Part shown: piece by piece, positions 19,695-29,842 of the stretch
Layout of the letters: every line of letters begins with the position of its first letter
Position numbering within the stretch: the first letter of the stretch is position 1
Assembly: GCA_017560765.1 (NCBI GenBank)
Contig: JAFZEI010000015.1
Coordinates: 397-64,396, forward strand
Source: Clostridia bacterium
Lineage (GTDB): Bacteria > Bacillota > Clostridia > UBA1212 > UBA1255
Direction: 5' to 3'
DNA length: 64,000 bases
Notes under the pieces: generated by a model
The model's database searches: none
What the model was told of the DNA's origin: nothing
What the model saw: the letters and a program-made list of their open reading frames with translations, nothing else
Made by a program: the position numbers and the translations under genes

Positions 19695-20918
19695 TCACAA
19701 ATAGTAAACACTATCTGAATTTATTCCGATATTTTGCGTGTCTAAAACAATTTTTCCCTTTAATTTGTCTGCATTTTCTTTTATCTCATTATGTTTTACC
19801 ATAATAACAACAAAATCTACAGATGATAAGAATTCATCCAAATCAAAAATCTGGTTTTCTGTTATGTTATGCTTTATAAATGGATCATACGCAACAAGAG
19901 GTTGTGCCAAATGTTTTTTCTGACACTCCAAAAGCTGCAGAGCCGGGGATTCTCTGTAGTCGTCCACATTCTCTTTATAAGTCAATCCGTATAAGCCTAC
20001 TTTTGATATGTCTGTCATGCCCTTTTCTTTCATTATGTCATGAATTCTTTCTAAAACAAAAGCCGGCATAGAATCATTTACTTTCATCGATTCCCATATC
20101 ACTTTTGTAAGGCTCGGGTAATCTCCTACCAAAAACCACGGGTCTACGGAAATGCAATGGCCTCCCACTCCGGGGCCCGGATTAAGAATATTTACCCTTG
20201 GGTGCATATTGCAAATTTTAATGATTTCATAAACATTCATATTGTCATTTCTGCAAATTTTTGCCAACTCATTTGCAAACGCTATATTTACTGCTCTGAA
20301 TGTATTCTCTACAACTTTTGTCATTTCTGCCGTTTTTATATCAGTAATAATTATTTCTCCTTGGCAAAAAGAAGCATAATACTCTTTTATTTTCTCACCG
20401 ATTTCTCTGTCATCTGCACCTATTGTTCTGTTGTTATGCAAAAGCTCATATACCATATTGCCGGGAATAATTCTTTCGGGGGCATGTACAAGATTTATAT
20501 CTTTTCCAATAATTAAACCTGCCTTTTCTATTACCGGCCTTACATATTTATCAATTGTTCCGGGAGAAACAGTAGACTCTATTACAATAGTAGCTCCTTT
20601 AGGGCAAACTTTAATTATCTCTTTTACTGCAGAATTCACATAGCATACATCTATTTTTTTTGAAAAACTGTCATACGGAGTTGGCACAGACACAATATAT
20701 GTATCTGTAACACAATATTCCGTAGTAAATTTGATACCGCTCTTCAAAGCTTTTTCAAACAGTTCATCCAAGCCGTCTTCTTTAAAAGTCGTTTTCCCCG
20801 CATTGAGAGTAGCCACAAGTTCCTTATTATAATCTGTTCCTACCACTTCTACCCCATGAGATGCCATCATAAGAGCAGTCGGAAGACCTATATACCCCAA
20901 GCCAATAACATTTACCAT
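19695..20918 (-). CDS. wecC: UDP-N-acetyl-D-mannosamine dehydrogenase-like nucleotide-sugar dehydrogenase
   Basis: VIGLGYIGLP Rossmann motif and a catalytic Cys region (GGHCISVDP). Paired with wecB as in ManNAcA pathways. Confidence 0.8.
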   Translation of the reverse strand: MVNVIGLGYIGLPTALMMASHGVEVVGTDYNKELVATLNAGKTTFKEDGLDELFEKALKSGIKFTTEYCVTDTYIVSVPTPYDSFSKKIDVCYVNSAVKEIIKVCPKGATIVIESTVSPGTIDKYVRPVIEKAGLIIGKDINLVHAPERIIPGNMVYELLHNNRTIGADDREIGEKIKEYYASFCQGEIIITDIKTAEMTKVVENTFRAVNIAFANELAKICRNDNMNVYEIIKICNMHPRVNILNPGPGVGGHCISVDPWFLVGDYPSLTKVIWESMKVNDSMPAFVLERIHDIMKEKGMTDISKVGLYGLTYKENVDDYRESPALQLLECQKKHLAQPLVAYDPFIKHNITENQIFDLDEFLSSVDFVVIMVKHNEIKENADKLKGKIVLDTQNIGINSDSVYYL

Positions 20919-20925
20919 TCTTAAA

Positions 20926-22485
20926 TTACCTCGTTTTCCTTAATTGTGCCTTTTCTTCTTTATTTAAACCAAATGCCCACAATGTGCCCAGATAAACTAC
21001 AGCAAAAGCCGCAACACCCAAAAGCATTTTCGCAAGTAGATTTTCGAAAAGAAGTGTGGCTGCAAAGCAAGCTATTCCGCTTAAAATCAAGCAAATCCAA
21101 ATTTTACCGAATATGTTTTTATACATTTTTATCATATTAATTTTATAAATCTTGTAATAATAAATGTTCATTATTATTACGCTGCCAACAAAATAGCTGA
21201 AAGCAGTTCCTACAGCTGCCGCATAATAATTCCAAAAATACGTACCAACCAAGGAAATTATAATATTCAGTACCGTAGTCAAAAGTAAAATCATGGTTCT
21301 GAACACCAATCTATTCTGGGCCCTTAATATAGATAAGCATACATTGACACACAATTCCAACAAGGAAGGTAACATGAGTATTAGAACAATGATATACACA
21401 TCCTCATAGCCATTCCCTAACCATAAATTGACAAAAGTTTTACCTAAAACAATAAAACCTGTCAATGCACCTCCTAATAAAGCAAATTGTATTCTGCCTG
21501 CCTTAAGAATCAATTTTTGAGTCGCAGAAAGATTTTCATCATCGTTTTTTAAGGTTTCAGTTACTGTAGGAAGCATAACACTTGAAATAGATGTAGAAAG
21601 CTGCTCAAACATAGAAAATATCAATAATCCCATAGAATAAACTGTAACTGCTCCTGCGTTGACGACAGCTCCTATTATTACGTTATCAAGATTTCCGTTG
21701 GCTTGAGATGCAATAGTAGTGATAAAAATCAGCATAGAATACTTAAATGATTCTTTAAACACGCTGTGTTCCCATCTGCTGAATTTTATTTTAACATTTA
21801 ACACACGATTTATATAAACAATTTCAACGCAAAGCATTCCTATTGTCAAAAACAAGTCTAACAATACAATAACCAAGGCATCTTTTATAAAATGCAAAGC
21901 AACATATATTGTCAATATTCTTGTAAGCAAGCGGATTATCTTTAATCCGTTGCCAAACATGAATTTATTAAAACCTGTTATCACGCCATTGAAAACATTT
22001 TCAAAAATATGAGCAATAATGCCGGCACACAAAAAGACATACAGCTGTTTAGCTTTTACTAGCTCTGCTGCTGTAAGACCTTTCCCATATATATTGTCAA
22101 TAAAAAAATAAATAATTCCGGTAGCAATTATAACGACTACGCTAATAATACCTGCTTGAAATAAGCTCATAGATATAAAATTAGGTATTTTTTCTTCTTC
22201 TTTGTCAGCTCTGTATCTTGATATATATCTCAATAATGTACCGCCAAGACCAATATCTAAAACCAACAGTGCTGCTGTAAAAGAAGACATAGTCTTGTAA
22301 ACACCATAAGCACTGTCGCCTAGCTTGTCAACAATATATGGAGTAACCAACAAACCGGAAACAGTATTAAGTATTATTAATATATAAGAAAGAATCGCAC
22401 CATATTTTACTTGCGATAATGAAATTTTTCTCAAAGTTTTTCTCCCGTATTTTTTTCTTTTGCTCGCCTTATTATGCCAACACAC
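20926..22485 (-). CDS. wzx: Oligosaccharide flippase (Wzx, MOP superfamily)
   Basis: Roughly 12-14 predicted TM helices. Polysaccharide biosynthesis protein family pattern. The true start is probably downstream of the listed one, which overlaps the next gene. Confidence 0.7.
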   Translation of the reverse strand: MCWHNKASKRKKYGRKTLRKISLSQVKYGAILSYILIILNTVSGLLVTPYIVDKLGDSAYGVYKTMSSFTAALLVLDIGLGGTLLRYISRYRADKEEEKIPNFISMSLFQAGIISVVVIIATGIIYFFIDNIYGKGLTAAELVKAKQLYVFLCAGIIAHIFENVFNGVITGFNKFMFGNGLKIIRLLTRILTIYVALHFIKDALVIVLLDLFLTIGMLCVEIVYINRVLNVKIKFSRWEHSVFKESFKYSMLIFITTIASQANGNLDNVIIGAVVNAGAVTVYSMGLLIFSMFEQLSTSISSVMLPTVTETLKNDDENLSATQKLILKAGRIQFALLGGALTGFIVLGKTFVNLWLGNGYEDVYIIVLILMLPSLLELCVNVCLSILRAQNRLVFRTMILLLTTVLNIIISLVGTYFWNYYAAAVGTAFSYFVGSVIIMNIYYYKIYKINMIKMYKNIFGKIWICLILSGIACFAATLLFENLLAKMLLGVAAFAVVYLGTLWAFGLNKEEKAQLRKTR

Positions 22486-23657
22486 AATCCAATAAGCAGG
22501 AAGAAGTTTGGTTCTAATAAATACGAACTTGACAAAAATAATTTAAAGAAGCTATTTGTGCAAAGCAAAGCTATAATGAAAGTTTTTTCTTTACTGCTCT
22601 CACATTTTGACAATGCACTAATATAAAGCGCTATCAATATTCCGAATATTAAAGAACCGCCAAGCACACCAAAGGACACCCATAATTCCAAAATAATGTT
22701 ATGCGCATATGCCGTTGTAAACTCTCTGTCTGCTGCAACACCCAGTCCCCAAGGATTTTCCTTTATTACAGACAGTAAGGTTTTATTAATATTATCACGT
22801 CCATTTGGGTCTGCTATTTCTCCTTCTTTAAAACTGTCCAAAATTCTGGTACTCATACCCATACTTGAAACTATCTCCCTCAAAAAGTCAATAATCTCAT
22901 CCATAAACAAAAAGACAACAAGAAGAAATAAAATAATTGCTAAATAAGCGACTATTTTGTTTTTTGTTTGCTTTATAAAGACAAAATATGCAAAAGCAAA
23001 AACTATTATTGCAACAACAGGGCCTCTTGTGCCATATGATATCAATAGCACAAATCCTATAATCATGGCAATCAGATCAATTTTTTTATATTTTTCAAAG
23101 AAATATCCGGCTGTCAGTGCAACATGAGGAAGGAGTTTATATGCCATACCCATATTGTCATCACCAATTTGCAATGTATCTGTTCCGAAAATTATTAAAC
23201 TTGCCAAATCTGCAAAAATTGCATAAACAGAAAGGACGTGTAAATAGTCAATCACCTTTTCACTTCTGTATGCCGCACCTACAAGAAATAAGGTGAGAAT
23301 GAATAAAATAAAATCTCGTCTTTCCTCTGATAATACTGTAGCAACCTCTGTATAAGCTGCGTATTGTATTCCTAATTGATATCCGGCTGCAACAGCAAAG
23401 TATAGAAATATATCAGATAGCCGCAATCGCTCAAAAAAGTAAGAGACAGAAAGCAAAATTGCCGTAATAAAAAACAAATAAACTACAATTTCTGTAATGT
23501 AGTTAAAAAACGGCAACCTGTACATGACAAGTTTTAAGTCAGAAATTAATGTATTGTTTGCCCAAACCAAGCAAAACAAAAATAAAAAAAACATTTCTGA
23601 ATTAAAAGGTTTCTCTAATATATTTATATTTTTTGGATATTCTCTATTGATTGCCAT
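22431..23657 (-). CDS. wzy: O-antigen ligase/polymerase-like membrane protein (Wzy-like)
   Basis: Polytopic membrane protein with a large periplasmic-type loop, in the context of wzx and GT genes. Confidence 0.55.
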   Translation of the reverse strand: MAINREYPKNINILEKPFNSEMFFLFLFCLVWANNTLISDLKLVMYRLPFFNYITEIVVYLFFITAILLSVSYFFERLRLSDIFLYFAVAAGYQLGIQYAAYTEVATVLSEERRDFILFILTLFLVGAAYRSEKVIDYLHVLSVYAIFADLASLIIFGTDTLQIGDDNMGMAYKLLPHVALTAGYFFEKYKKIDLIAMIIGFVLLISYGTRGPVVAIIVFAFAYFVFIKQTKNKIVAYLAIILFLLVVFLFMDEIIDFLREIVSSMGMSTRILDSFKEGEIADPNGRDNINKTLLSVIKENPWGLGVAADREFTTAYAHNIILELWVSFGVLGGSLIFGILIALYISALSKCESSKEKTFIIALLCTNSFFKLFLSSSYLLEPNFFLLIGLCVGIIRRAKEKNTGEKL

Positions 23658-23674
23658 AAATTCCCCTTCTTGAT

Positions 23675-24703
23675 TTACTTACCAATTAATATAGGCAACA
23701 CAAAAGTCCATAAGCCTGTTCTGCATAAAAAAAGGAAAAATCTGTATTTATAAGATAATTTTCTGTACATTTCCTTTTTATTCAAAACATCCCACGGCTC
23801 TTTATTTAAATATTCTTTTACAATATGTCTTTTTTCTTTTGATGTCTTAGGACACTTTTCAGAAAGCAATTCGCAAGATACAACAGTATAAAATTCCATT
23901 GCAAGATTTTTAGCATAACACAGTGTATTTTCTTTTATAAAAGCTGCATTTTCTTTTTTTAAGAGCTCTGCATATCTGCAAAGTATTTCTTCCCTATTTC
24001 CATAATATTTTCTCATGGAGGAACTTTCATATATCACATAGCAGTACCATATATCCAGAACGACACAAATATTACTGCACTTGTTTGTAAATTGCATATT
24101 CCATAAAACGTCTTCCCCTAAGGGTTGTCCCACAGGGAAAGGATTATTCTTCGCAACATCACTCTTTATGAGTCTTGCACATGGACCTCTGCCTATATAG
24201 CCATATTTTTTTACGTTTTTATATTCGGTCCGATTTGTCATCAAAAAGTAACTGCGCAAATCATCCATATTTTCTTTTGTATAAATATGATATTGTTTGT
24301 TTTCTTGTAACGGAATACTAACACTTTCCCCCGGTTTTGTTTTTGCAACTGCCGCAATCACCATGTCAGAATTTGTCTCTTTTATGATTTGAAGTCCCTC
24401 TGAAATTGCTTGAGGAAGCAGTACATCATCTGAATCCAAATACATAATATAGTCTCCGGTTGCAAGTTCTGTACCGTAATTTCTCGCAGCGCTTACTCCT
24501 TTGTTTTCACAATGAAAAACACGAATTCTATCATCGAGACTTTTTTGCAAATCACAAAAAGCAGCAGTTTCTTCATTTGAGCCATCGTCAATTATTATAA
24601 TTTCAACATCTTTGAAAGTCTGATTAAAAAGACTTTCCATGCAACGGTTCATATATTCACAATTAACATTGTATACAGGTATTATTACGCTGACAACAGC
24701 CAT
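23675..24703 (-). CDS. Glycosyltransferase family 2
   Basis: N-terminal VSVIIPVYN plus DDGS and DSDD motifs typical of GT-A/GT2. Confidence 0.8.
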   Translation of the reverse strand: MAVVSVIIPVYNVNCEYMNRCMESLFNQTFKDVEIIIIDDGSNEETAAFCDLQKSLDDRIRVFHCENKGVSAARNYGTELATGDYIMYLDSDDVLLPQAISEGLQIIKETNSDMVIAAVAKTKPGESVSIPLQENKQYHIYTKENMDDLRSYFLMTNRTEYKNVKKYGYIGRGPCARLIKSDVAKNNPFPVGQPLGEDVLWNMQFTNKCSNICVVLDIWYCYVIYESSSMRKYYGNREEILCRYAELLKKENAAFIKENTLCYAKNLAMEFYTVVSCELLSEKCPKTSKEKRHIVKEYLNKEPWDVLNKKEMYRKLSYKYRFFLFLCRTGLWTFVLPILIGK

Positions 24704-24715
24704 ATTTTCCTCTTT

Positions 24716-25612
24716 TTAATACTTTATTCTAACGTAAATTTTAGCCAGCAAGCGTCTGGTACAAGCCAACATGTATCTCAAATATTGAAATACGCACACT
24801 TTTTTATCAAATACATACGAAACGATATTTACGCTTACTCCGCAATCCATAAGCTTTTTGTTCTTATTGTTATACTTAGTTCGTGAAAAAACCGTCATCC
24901 CGCTTTCTGAATATTTTTCAATTTCACCGGGAAACTTTTCTGTATACATAAACGGATATGAAATAAATAAAACACTGTTCTCTTTTAAAAACGATATTAC
25001 AGCATCAACATCATTTTCTCCCATATTGTATTCATATCTGGCACAATATATCCCTTTATATCCTAATTTTGAAACTATCGCTACAGTTTCTGTAGTATAT
25101 GCTTCTATCAGAAATCTTTCTTTTAATTCTGTTTTTTCTCCTATACACAACGAAAGTACATCAAGGAAATTCAAAATCTGTTCCTCTGTAAACATTCCGA
25201 ATAAATCGAGCATAAAAACAGTATCATTATACTCTGATAGCATATCAATAATATTTTGTAAGGATATAGGAGTAAGTCCCTTTGTGGATAAAGAAAAAAG
25301 AGTCTGTTTCATAAACCAGTCAAAGTCATATACATTGGGCTTTTCAAAAACCTCCATACGTCTCATTGACTTTTCATCAACAGTATGAGCAACGGCAACA
25401 TATTTGTTGTCAGTTGTTTTTCCGATGTCAAATTCAAAAACCTTAACACCTTTTTTATACCAACGCAAAAATGCCTCTTTTGTATTGGTTTGTCTTACAC
25501 CGGCAAAAGCACCGAGACCGTGCATACAATAATTAAATTTACCTTTTAATTCATGAACTGTCATCGTATTAAAGTTTTGCTGCCTCTGCAATTGCCAAAT
25601 CGTTTTCATCAT
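24716..25612 (-). CDS. Hypothetical protein, divergent glycerophosphodiester-phosphodiesterase-like (GDPD-like) fold candidate
   Basis: Loose match to the GDPD N-terminal pattern (HG..xxNTKEAF...G..FEFDI..T.DNKYVAVAH). The probable true start is the internal Met near 25564. Confidence 0.35.
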   Translation of the reverse strand: MMKTIWQLQRQQNFNTMTVHELKGKFNYCMHGLGAFAGVRQTNTKEAFLRWYKKGVKVFEFDIGKTTDNKYVAVAHTVDEKSMRRMEVFEKPNVYDFDWFMKQTLFSLSTKGLTPISLQNIIDMLSEYNDTVFMLDLFGMFTEEQILNFLDVLSLCIGEKTELKERFLIEAYTTETVAIVSKLGYKGIYCARYEYNMGENDVDAVISFLKENSVLFISYPFMYTEKFPGEIEKYSESGMTVFSRTKYNNKNKKLMDCGVSVNIVSYVFDKKVCVFQYLRYMLACTRRLLAKIYVRIKY

Positions 25613-26309
25613 CTATTTCATACCAACGGTCTGCATCAATTTTAACTATCCTTATATCATTGTTCCCGTAATATATCATTGCACCAAGAACAAGCTCATA
25701 GTAACTGTTTATATTTCCTATTTTTACATATAAATCAATCATAGGAAAATACTGGTTGCAAATAAAATTCTTACTAAACTTGTACACGTTTACTGTTTTA
25801 AGTGCCTCGTCATACGGGAATCCCTCATATTGGTCTCTTTTTATAACAAGGGAACTTGCCTTTATTCCATCGCAAGAAAGTATAACAGAGCCATTCATCG
25901 TTACAGGGTTATACTCACTTACCAATATATTACATTCCGCTTCTCCCGACAATATTTTTTCTATCAGATCATAACCATAATACAAATCACATTCAAGCAT
26001 AATGCAATCATCATGTATATAATCCCTCGCCAAAAAAAGAGAGTAGACATTGTTAGTTTTATCATAATCTGAATTTTCTACATATGTAATAGACATGCCC
26101 TTCCAGTTATTACCTATGTGTTTTATTATATATTCTGCCATATGGCCAACAACTATCACTACATTGTCAATTTTGCGCGTTGCAGATAAAAGATTTAAAG
26201 TATTTTCAAGAAGAGGAGTTCCCTTAACCGGAACCATACTTTTAGGCATATGATCTGTAAGCGGCCTAAGACGTTTACCAAAACCGGCAGCCAAAATAAT
26301 CGCTTGCAT
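25569..26309 (-). CDS. Sugar-/phospho-alcohol nucleotidyltransferase, LicC-like (CTP:phosphocholine cytidylyltransferase family)
   Basis: N-terminal MQAIILAAGFGKRLRPLT..PK.MVPV motif of the NTP-transferase family. 246 aa. Adjacent to licD. Confidence 0.65.
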   Translation of the reverse strand: MQAIILAAGFGKRLRPLTDHMPKSMVPVKGTPLLENTLNLLSATRKIDNVVIVVGHMAEYIIKHIGNNWKGMSITYVENSDYDKTNNVYSLFLARDYIHDDCIMLECDLYYGYDLIEKILSGEAECNILVSEYNPVTMNGSVILSCDGIKASSLVIKRDQYEGFPYDEALKTVNVYKFSKNFICNQYFPMIDLYVKIGNINSYYELVLGAMIYYGNNDIRIVKIDADRWYEIDDENDLAIAEAAKL

Positions 26310-26327
26310 TTTTACTTACTCCTTTCT

Positions 26328-27212
26328 TTAATTAAAAAATTTTATGCACTTTTTAGGAGAATCCAACATATTAACCGGATGCTCAGGCTTTCTTCTTTCT
26401 TCAGACGGCAATAAAGAATAATCCCCATACATTTCTTTAAGAAATGTATCTGAATTAATTAATGCCATAAGTTTTTCTCCTCTAAATAAAACCTCGCCGT
26501 ATCCCTCGTCATAACTTTTTTTATTAAAACGTCTTCCGGTCTCGTACATTCTTGACGTATAACGTGTATATATTCCCGATGGTTTATGTTTCTTTATAGC
26601 AACCGCCTTGTCATTCAGCTCAAATATATCGCGAGGTCCGACAATTATTTTAGCAAAAAGACCGAGAATACTACTTACAATATCCCTTATCTTCTTATAC
26701 GTCTTGTTATATTTGTCGTGCCTTACATTTCTCACTTTAGTATTGTGAAATGCAGTTCTTAAAAATCCTGTTTTAAATTTTTTCCACTTAAAAACCAATT
26801 CGTTTGCAGGTTTTTCTTCATTAATAAATAAATCAATGTATATTTTTTTCTCCAACAACTCTTTCGTTGTTACCCTGTCAAGAAAATGAATTTTTAATAC
26901 TTTAATTTCTGAATCTTCTGCAAGTACTTGTCTAAGTTTAGTATATTCCGTCCTTGTCATCATTACGTCAGCATCATCATCCCAAGGAACGAAATCACCA
27001 TGTCGCATAGCTCCCAAAAGCGTTCCGTCAGCAAGAGAATACTTTAAATCATGCTCTTTGCAAAAACGGTCAAAAGATAATAGCAAGCGCATCATATCTT
27101 CATGTGCTTCTTTTAAGTTATACTTCTCCTCATAGCTGCCTACTTTACTGTAAGGATATGGGATTATATAGTTAATAATCGCTTTTGTCTTTGTGTCGGC
27201 GCCGCTCATCAA
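26328..27212 (-). CDS. licD: LicD family phosphotransferase (LicD/fukutin-like)
   Basis: YSLADGTLLGAMRHGDFVPWDDDADVMM matches the LicD signature with its DxD motif. Confidence 0.8.
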   Translation of the reverse strand: MMSGADTKTKAIINYIIPYPYSKVGSYEEKYNLKEAHEDMMRLLLSFDRFCKEHDLKYSLADGTLLGAMRHGDFVPWDDDADVMMTRTEYTKLRQVLAEDSEIKVLKIHFLDRVTTKELLEKKIYIDLFINEEKPANELVFKWKKFKTGFLRTAFHNTKVRNVRHDKYNKTYKKIRDIVSSILGLFAKIIVGPRDIFELNDKAVAIKKHKPSGIYTRYTSRMYETGRRFNKKSYDEGYGEVLFRGEKLMALINSDTFLKEMYGDYSLLPSEERRKPEHPVNMLDSPKKCIKFFN

Positions 27213-27732
27213 ATGCCTTCCATCTTTCCTCTGCAGTTTCCAAATATATTAGAGAACGTCTTTTTTCTGCAAAATTTTCAAAAGTATCAATTTGCTTTGC
27301 GGGTATTCCTGCCCAGACAGCACCCGCCGGAATGTCTTTATTAATCAAACTATTAGCTCCGATTACAGTATCAGACCCAATTCTTACATTTCCCAATACA
27401 ATAGTTCCCGAACCAATAAAAACATTATCCTGTATATCTATACAACCCAGTTGCTCTTTAAATTCAGAATTATTTTTCTCTCCATGGTATTTGAAATTTA
27501 AAACACCATGAATCGCGTCATGTACAACAAACTTTACACCGGAAGCTACTTCAACATTATTTCCAAATGAAATAAGCTCGGAATGTAAAGGAACAAGCAT
27601 TGCAGGTAATCTTACATTTTTACCTACGTGATGAAAAATCTTCTTTTTCCTTGCGTAATTTCCTCTTTTAAGTTGATCAAAAAAAAGAAAAAATCTTATA
27701 GATCTGAACATTCTTTTTATATCCATTGCCAA
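27172..27732 (-). CDS. Hexapeptide-repeat (LbH) sugar acetyltransferase
   Basis: Left-handed beta-helix repeats (IGSGTIVLGNVRIGSDTVIGANSLI) in a Maa/WcaF/PglD-like size class. Confidence 0.75.
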   Translation of the reverse strand: MAMDIKRMFRSIRFFLFFDQLKRGNYARKKKIFHHVGKNVRLPAMLVPLHSELISFGNNVEVASGVKFVVHDAIHGVLNFKYHGEKNNSEFKEQLGCIDIQDNVFIGSGTIVLGNVRIGSDTVIGANSLINKDIPAGAVWAGIPAKQIDTFENFAEKRRSLIYLETAEERWKAFDERRRHKDKSDY

Positions 27733-27739
27733 ATATCTC

Positions 27740-28519
27740 CTAAATATACTCTCCGGCTGTTATTCTGAATGTACTGCCTGTCATCATGGCAGAGGAATCT
27801 GACATAAGGTAAATCAATGCCTCCACATAGTCATGTCTTTCCAACATTCTGCCCATCGGAATTGTGTTTGCCGCACGTTTTCTTAATTGTGCCTCAGTTT
27901 CTCCCTGCTGTTTTCTAAGGGCAACTTCACCCTCTGTTGGTGTCCATCCCAAAGTAAGATAGTTGCAACGTATCATTTCCGAAGCATAATTATGAGCAAT
28001 ATGTTCCATAAGAGTAATTAAAACGCCCTTGGAACAAGCGTATGCAGCTCTGTCCTTTTCGCCACCCCACGCATGAGCAGAACCTGTAAAAACTATGGAA
28101 CCTCCACCATTCATTCGCATATATTTTATTGCCTGTTGACAACAAAAAAAGCAAGCCCTGAAATTTACGTTCATTACCTGATTAAAAGTTTCTTCATCAC
28201 AAGTATCTAAAGGAGAAATCGGCGTTACACCTGCATAATTGAAAAAACCGTCTATCTTCCCAAACTTATTTGCAGCTTCGTCAAATAACTTCTTACAATC
28301 TTCTACTTTTTCCAGATCTGTATGGACAAAAATTGCTTCACTTCCATAAGTCTTGATAATTTTAATTGACTTACGAGCAGCGTCTTCATCTCTGCCACCT
28401 ATAACCACTTTAGCTCCGGCTTTTGCAAACTCTTCGGAAATTGTCTTTCCTACTCCTTTTGTACCACCGGACACTACTATAACTTTTTCTTTTAACGGTT
28501 TATTCATATCAAAAATCAA
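27740..28519 (-). CDS. SDR family oxidoreductase
   Basis: TGGTKGVG glycine motif and a YxxxK (YACSK) active site. 259 aa. Confidence 0.8.
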   Translation of the reverse strand: MIFDMNKPLKEKVIVVSGGTKGVGKTISEEFAKAGAKVVIGGRDEDAARKSIKIIKTYGSEAIFVHTDLEKVEDCKKLFDEAANKFGKIDGFFNYAGVTPISPLDTCDEETFNQVMNVNFRACFFCCQQAIKYMRMNGGGSIVFTGSAHAWGGEKDRAAYACSKGVLITLMEHIAHNYASEMIRCNYLTLGWTPTEGEVALRKQQGETEAQLRKRAANTIPMGRMLERHDYVEALIYLMSDSSAMMTGSTFRITAGEYI

Positions 28520-28523
28520 CGCC

Positions 28524-29828
28524 TTATAATTCTAATGCTTTTTTTACATCAAAGCCTTTAAGCAACATGTCATTTCCGTTTGTATCAAAGACCTTAACAC
28601 AATCCATATATTCTCTAAGTTTTTCCCCCAACTCCTGTTTCGAATCACATACAATGTATAATCTTGTCATAACTTGCTTTTCATTACCTATCCATTCTTT
28701 AGGAATATTATCTCCTTCATATAAACGCTGTGCATTTGCAATAATATTTTTATCGTTTTTCCATTTATCCAAACCCTCAATTTTGCCAATGCGTCCCTCT
28801 TTGAGCAAAAACCAAAGTGTAGCAGCCCATTTTCCGCGCAAATAAGGATCATCCGAGGATAAAAGATCCATTTTTCCCTCAGACCCCGTCAAAGCAAATC
28901 TAATAAGCATTTCTCTTTGATCAAAACCTTGAATTTCTTTAATTAGCAGATGCGGTGCCTCTCCCTGAAGTCTAAAGCCTGTATCGTACACATAAAACTC
29001 ACCATTTTCATAAAAAGCAGAAAGCATGAGCACTCCATTACGTATTCCGATGTCCTTGAACATCATTACTGCATTCTCGTGCATTCTCTCAAAATATTCC
29101 TTCATATGCTTTGAGGGGTATGTGCCTCCAAGACACACACGGCTCAACCCGGGCTGTTCATCAGTAGTATATCTGTCATATATACAAGATGCGCTGCATT
29201 GTCCGTCCTTAAACGTATAATACATTCCCATGTCTTCACATTGCATGTATTTTTCTACTATAAAGCGTTTTTTCTTTGAGGCTTCCAAAGCTTTTTCAAC
29301 GGCAGGTTTTAAGTCTTCTTTACTGTAACAAACTGTCATTCCCACACCACCACCGTTATCTACAGGCTTTACCATTACAGGAAATACAATTTTATCAATA
29401 TCTCTGTCATTTAAATCTGCATCAAGATAAAACTCCGGTATTCCGTGAATGCCATACCTTTCACAAGTAGCTTTAAAAACATCTTTAAAGGCAAAAACAT
29501 CAACAATTTGCTGCGTGGCATAGCAAGGAAAACCTAAAGCATTACAAACTTTACAATAGGAAGGAACAAGAATATCAGCAACGCCTACCAGCACACCGTC
29601 AACTTTTTCTTCCATTGCCAAAGCAATAACACCGGGGACATCCATTCCGTCAACATCAAAACTTTTCCAGGAATACTTTTTTGCATCATCAGTATGGCGA
29701 CCGCTTGTAACAATGGTCTTAATTCCCATTTCGTTTGCCAACTTAACAAGTGCTGTTGTTTCAGGATTTCCTCCTAAAATCAATAACTTTTTACCTTCAA
29801 ATTCACTACTCATATAAATTCTCCTCAT
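28524..29828 (-). CDS. ATP-grasp domain protein (carboxylate-amine ligase-like)
   Basis: PreATP-grasp Rossmann N-terminus followed by an ATP-grasp fold. 434 aa. No close named homologue can be assigned by eye. Confidence 0.6.
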   Translation of the reverse strand: MRRIYMSSEFEGKKLLILGGNPETTALVKLANEMGIKTIVTSGRHTDDAKKYSWKSFDVDGMDVPGVIALAMEEKVDGVLVGVADILVPSYCKVCNALGFPCYATQQIVDVFAFKDVFKATCERYGIHGIPEFYLDADLNDRDIDKIVFPVMVKPVDNGGGVGMTVCYSKEDLKPAVEKALEASKKKRFIVEKYMQCEDMGMYYTFKDGQCSASCIYDRYTTDEQPGLSRVCLGGTYPSKHMKEYFERMHENAVMMFKDIGIRNGVLMLSAFYENGEFYVYDTGFRLQGEAPHLLIKEIQGFDQREMLIRFALTGSEGKMDLLSSDDPYLRGKWAATLWFLLKEGRIGKIEGLDKWKNDKNIIANAQRLYEGDNIPKEWIGNEKQVMTRLYIVCDSKQELGEKLREYMDCVKVFDTNGNDMLLKGFDVKKALEL

Positions 29829-29842
29829 TTATACAGTTTCTG